DNA of 61,570 nt, counting the filler. It is 6 parts of 6 records of this genome, joined end to end, with 100 filler letters (N's around TTAATTAATTAA, not from the genome) between each part and the next. Parts side by side here need not be neighbours in the genome. Positions count along the whole stretch, not along the records: positions 49,860 to 61,570 come from SRR31156797_11166; 5 more parts are not named here. One strand, given 5' to 3'. Positions 60,207 to 61,570 of the stretch are shown here, in pieces. Position 1 is the stretch's first letter. Each line of letters opens with the position of its first letter. The position numbers and the translations under genes were made by a program. Under the pieces are notes generated by a model. The model saw only the letters and a program-made list of their open reading frames with translations. It ran no database searches and had not been told where the DNA came from.

Positions 60207-61532
60207 ATGCGGTCAATCGTTCTGTCCATCGGCGCGCTTCTGGTCGCGACCGTCTTCCTTCAGGCCGGTGGCGGATTGCTGGGGACGGTCGTCGGCCTGC
60301 GCATGGCGGTGGCCGAATTTCCCGCCCTGATCGCCGGTGCGATCGTATCGGTCTATTTTCTCGGATACGTGCTCGGCGTTTTTTACGGCGACCGGTTGAT
60401 CGGCGCCGTCGGCCATATCCGGGCCTTCGCGGCGTTGGCCTCGGTCGCCTCGGCGGCGACGCTGCTGCATCCGTTCCTGGTCGCCCCCATACCCTGGGGC
60501 GGTCTTCGCTTCGTCCAGGGGTTTTGCCTGGCCGGCCTCGCCGTTTGCACGGAAAGCTGGCTCAACGACCGCGCCACCAACGAGGTGCGCGGGCGCATCC
60601 TTTCGGTTTACATGATCCACATCTATGCGGCGCAAAGCGTCGGCCAGGTTCTGTTGAACGTGGAGGATTCGACCGGATTCGGGCTGTTCGTCATTTCGTC
60701 GGTTCTGTTGTCCCTGGCCCTGGTGCCGGTGGCGGCGACCCGGGTTCACGCGCCGGCGCCGCAGTTGCGGTCCCGCCTTCCGTTCCGCGCCCTGTGGAAG
60801 ATCTCGCCGGTCGGAATCCTCGGCGCCCTGACCTCGGGCGCCCTGCTGGGCGCGTTTTACGGGCTGGTTCCCTATTTCACGCACCTGATCGGATTGGACG
60901 CGTCCGGCACGTCGCGGTTCATGGTCGCGGCCATCGTCGGCGGGCTTCTGCTGCAATGGCCGATCGGGCGTTATTCCGATCGCGTCGACCGGCGCGTCGT
61001 CCTGGTCGCGGTATCCGGACTCACCTGCGCCGTCGGGGTATTGACCGCCGCCGTTCTGTTGCTGCCGGCGTTGTCCGGCCTGGCGCCCGGAATTCTGTTC
61101 TATCTGGCGCCGTTGGTCGGTGCTTCGATTTTCACGATCTATCCCCTGAGCCTGGCCCATACGAGCGATCATATCGATTCGGCCAATCTGGTATCGGCGA
61201 CCGGCGGGCTGATCCTGGCCTACGGCCTTGGCGCCATTCTCGGCCCGGCCGCCGCTTCGGGCCTGATGGATGCCGTCGGGCCGTCCGGCCTGTTCCTGTA
61301 TATCGGCGTGCTGGGTGCGATGCTGGCGATATTCACCGGTTTCAGGATGACGCAGGCCGACGCGGTTCCGGCCGGGGATCGCGACCCCTTCCAGTTGGTT
61401 CCGCGCACGTCGCATGTTTCAAGCGAGCTCGATCCGCGCGGCGATCCCGACGAGCCCATGTTCGCTTTCATGGAGGCGGATTGGACCGGACCGGTGACGC
61501 CGGTCGAGGGGCAAACAGTCGAGGATGATTAG
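60207..61532 (+). CDS. MFS transporter (YcaD-like)
   Basis: 12-TM pattern, VGHIRAF, ESWLN, QWPIGRYSDRVDRR. Confidence 0.9.
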   Translation: MRSIVLSIGALLVATVFLQAGGGLLGTVVGLRMAVAEFPALIAGAIVSVYFLGYVLGVFYGDRLIGAVGHIRAFAALASVASAATLLHPFLVAPIPWGGLRFVQGFCLAGLAVCTESWLNDRATNEVRGRILSVYMIHIYAAQSVGQVLLNVEDSTGFGLFVISSVLLSLALVPVAATRVHAPAPQLRSRLPFRALWKISPVGILGALTSGALLGAFYGLVPYFTHLIGLDASGTSRFMVAAIVGGLLLQWPIGRYSDRVDRRVVLVAVSGLTCAVGVLTAAVLLLPALSGLAPGILFYLAPLVGASIFTIYPLSLAHTSDHIDSANLVSATGGLILAYGLGAILGPAAASGLMDAVGPSGLFLYIGVLGAMLAIFTGFRMTQADAVPAGDRDPFQLVPRTSHVSSELDPRGDPDEPMFAFMEADWTGPVTPVEGQTVEDD

Positions 61533-61540
61533 CCGGAAGT

Positions 61541-61570
61541 TGGAGCGGGTGAGGGGAATCGAACCCCCGT
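61541..61570 (-). tRNA. tRNA 3' fragment (probably Gly), cut by window end
   Basis: Minus strand GGGGGTTCGATTCCCC-TCACCCGCT-CCA. Confidence 0.8.

Overview
This window is not one locus. It is six unrelated contigs joined by 100-bp artificial spacers (N-runs around TTAATTAATTAA) at 10908-11007, 19660-19759, 24876-24975, 31243-31342 and 49760-49859; taxonomic labels below are inferred from composition and gene content. Contig 1 (1-10907) is a tightly coupled putative anti-phage operon, truncated at both ends. It encodes a pseudokinase + Ser/Thr kinase + P-loop ATPase fusion (DndF/SspF-like C-terminus), a DndG/SspG-like protein, a 1766-aa PD-(D/E)xK nuclease + HerA/FtsK ATPase (DndH/SspH-like) and the start of a small helical protein. 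This is the strongest candidate for an undescribed system. Contig 2 (11008-19659) is a very AT-rich anaerobe with housekeeping genes (prfB with its +1 frameshift, acpS, rlmA-like, tatD, GGDEF, STAS, hslO) and a tRNA 3' end. Contig 3 (19760-24875) is a LarA-family racemase + GlcD/E/F-like 2-hydroxyacid dehydrogenase operon next to tRNA-Leu(TAA). Contig 4 (24976-31242, alphaproteobacterial-like) has a NitT/TauT ABC transporter, SDR, rpmB, YqaA, YchJ and a GIY-YIG nuclease bracketed by inverted CGTC-type palindromic repeats. Contig 5 (31343-49759, spirochaete-like) has a beta-propeller sensor kinase/NarL regulator with tctCBA, a KamA/YkgJ-led selenium-dependent molybdenum-hydroxylase accessory cluster (yqeC, xdhC-yqeB, desulfurase, selD, DUF3343, yedF) and partial pheT. 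Contig 6 (49860-61570, alphaproteobacterial-like) carries mixed genes including a rubredoxin with a Tat-like leader, trkH, GGDEF, hemerythrin, glycerate kinase, MFS and a tRNA-Gly 3' end. All family assignments are by motif recognition, not database search.
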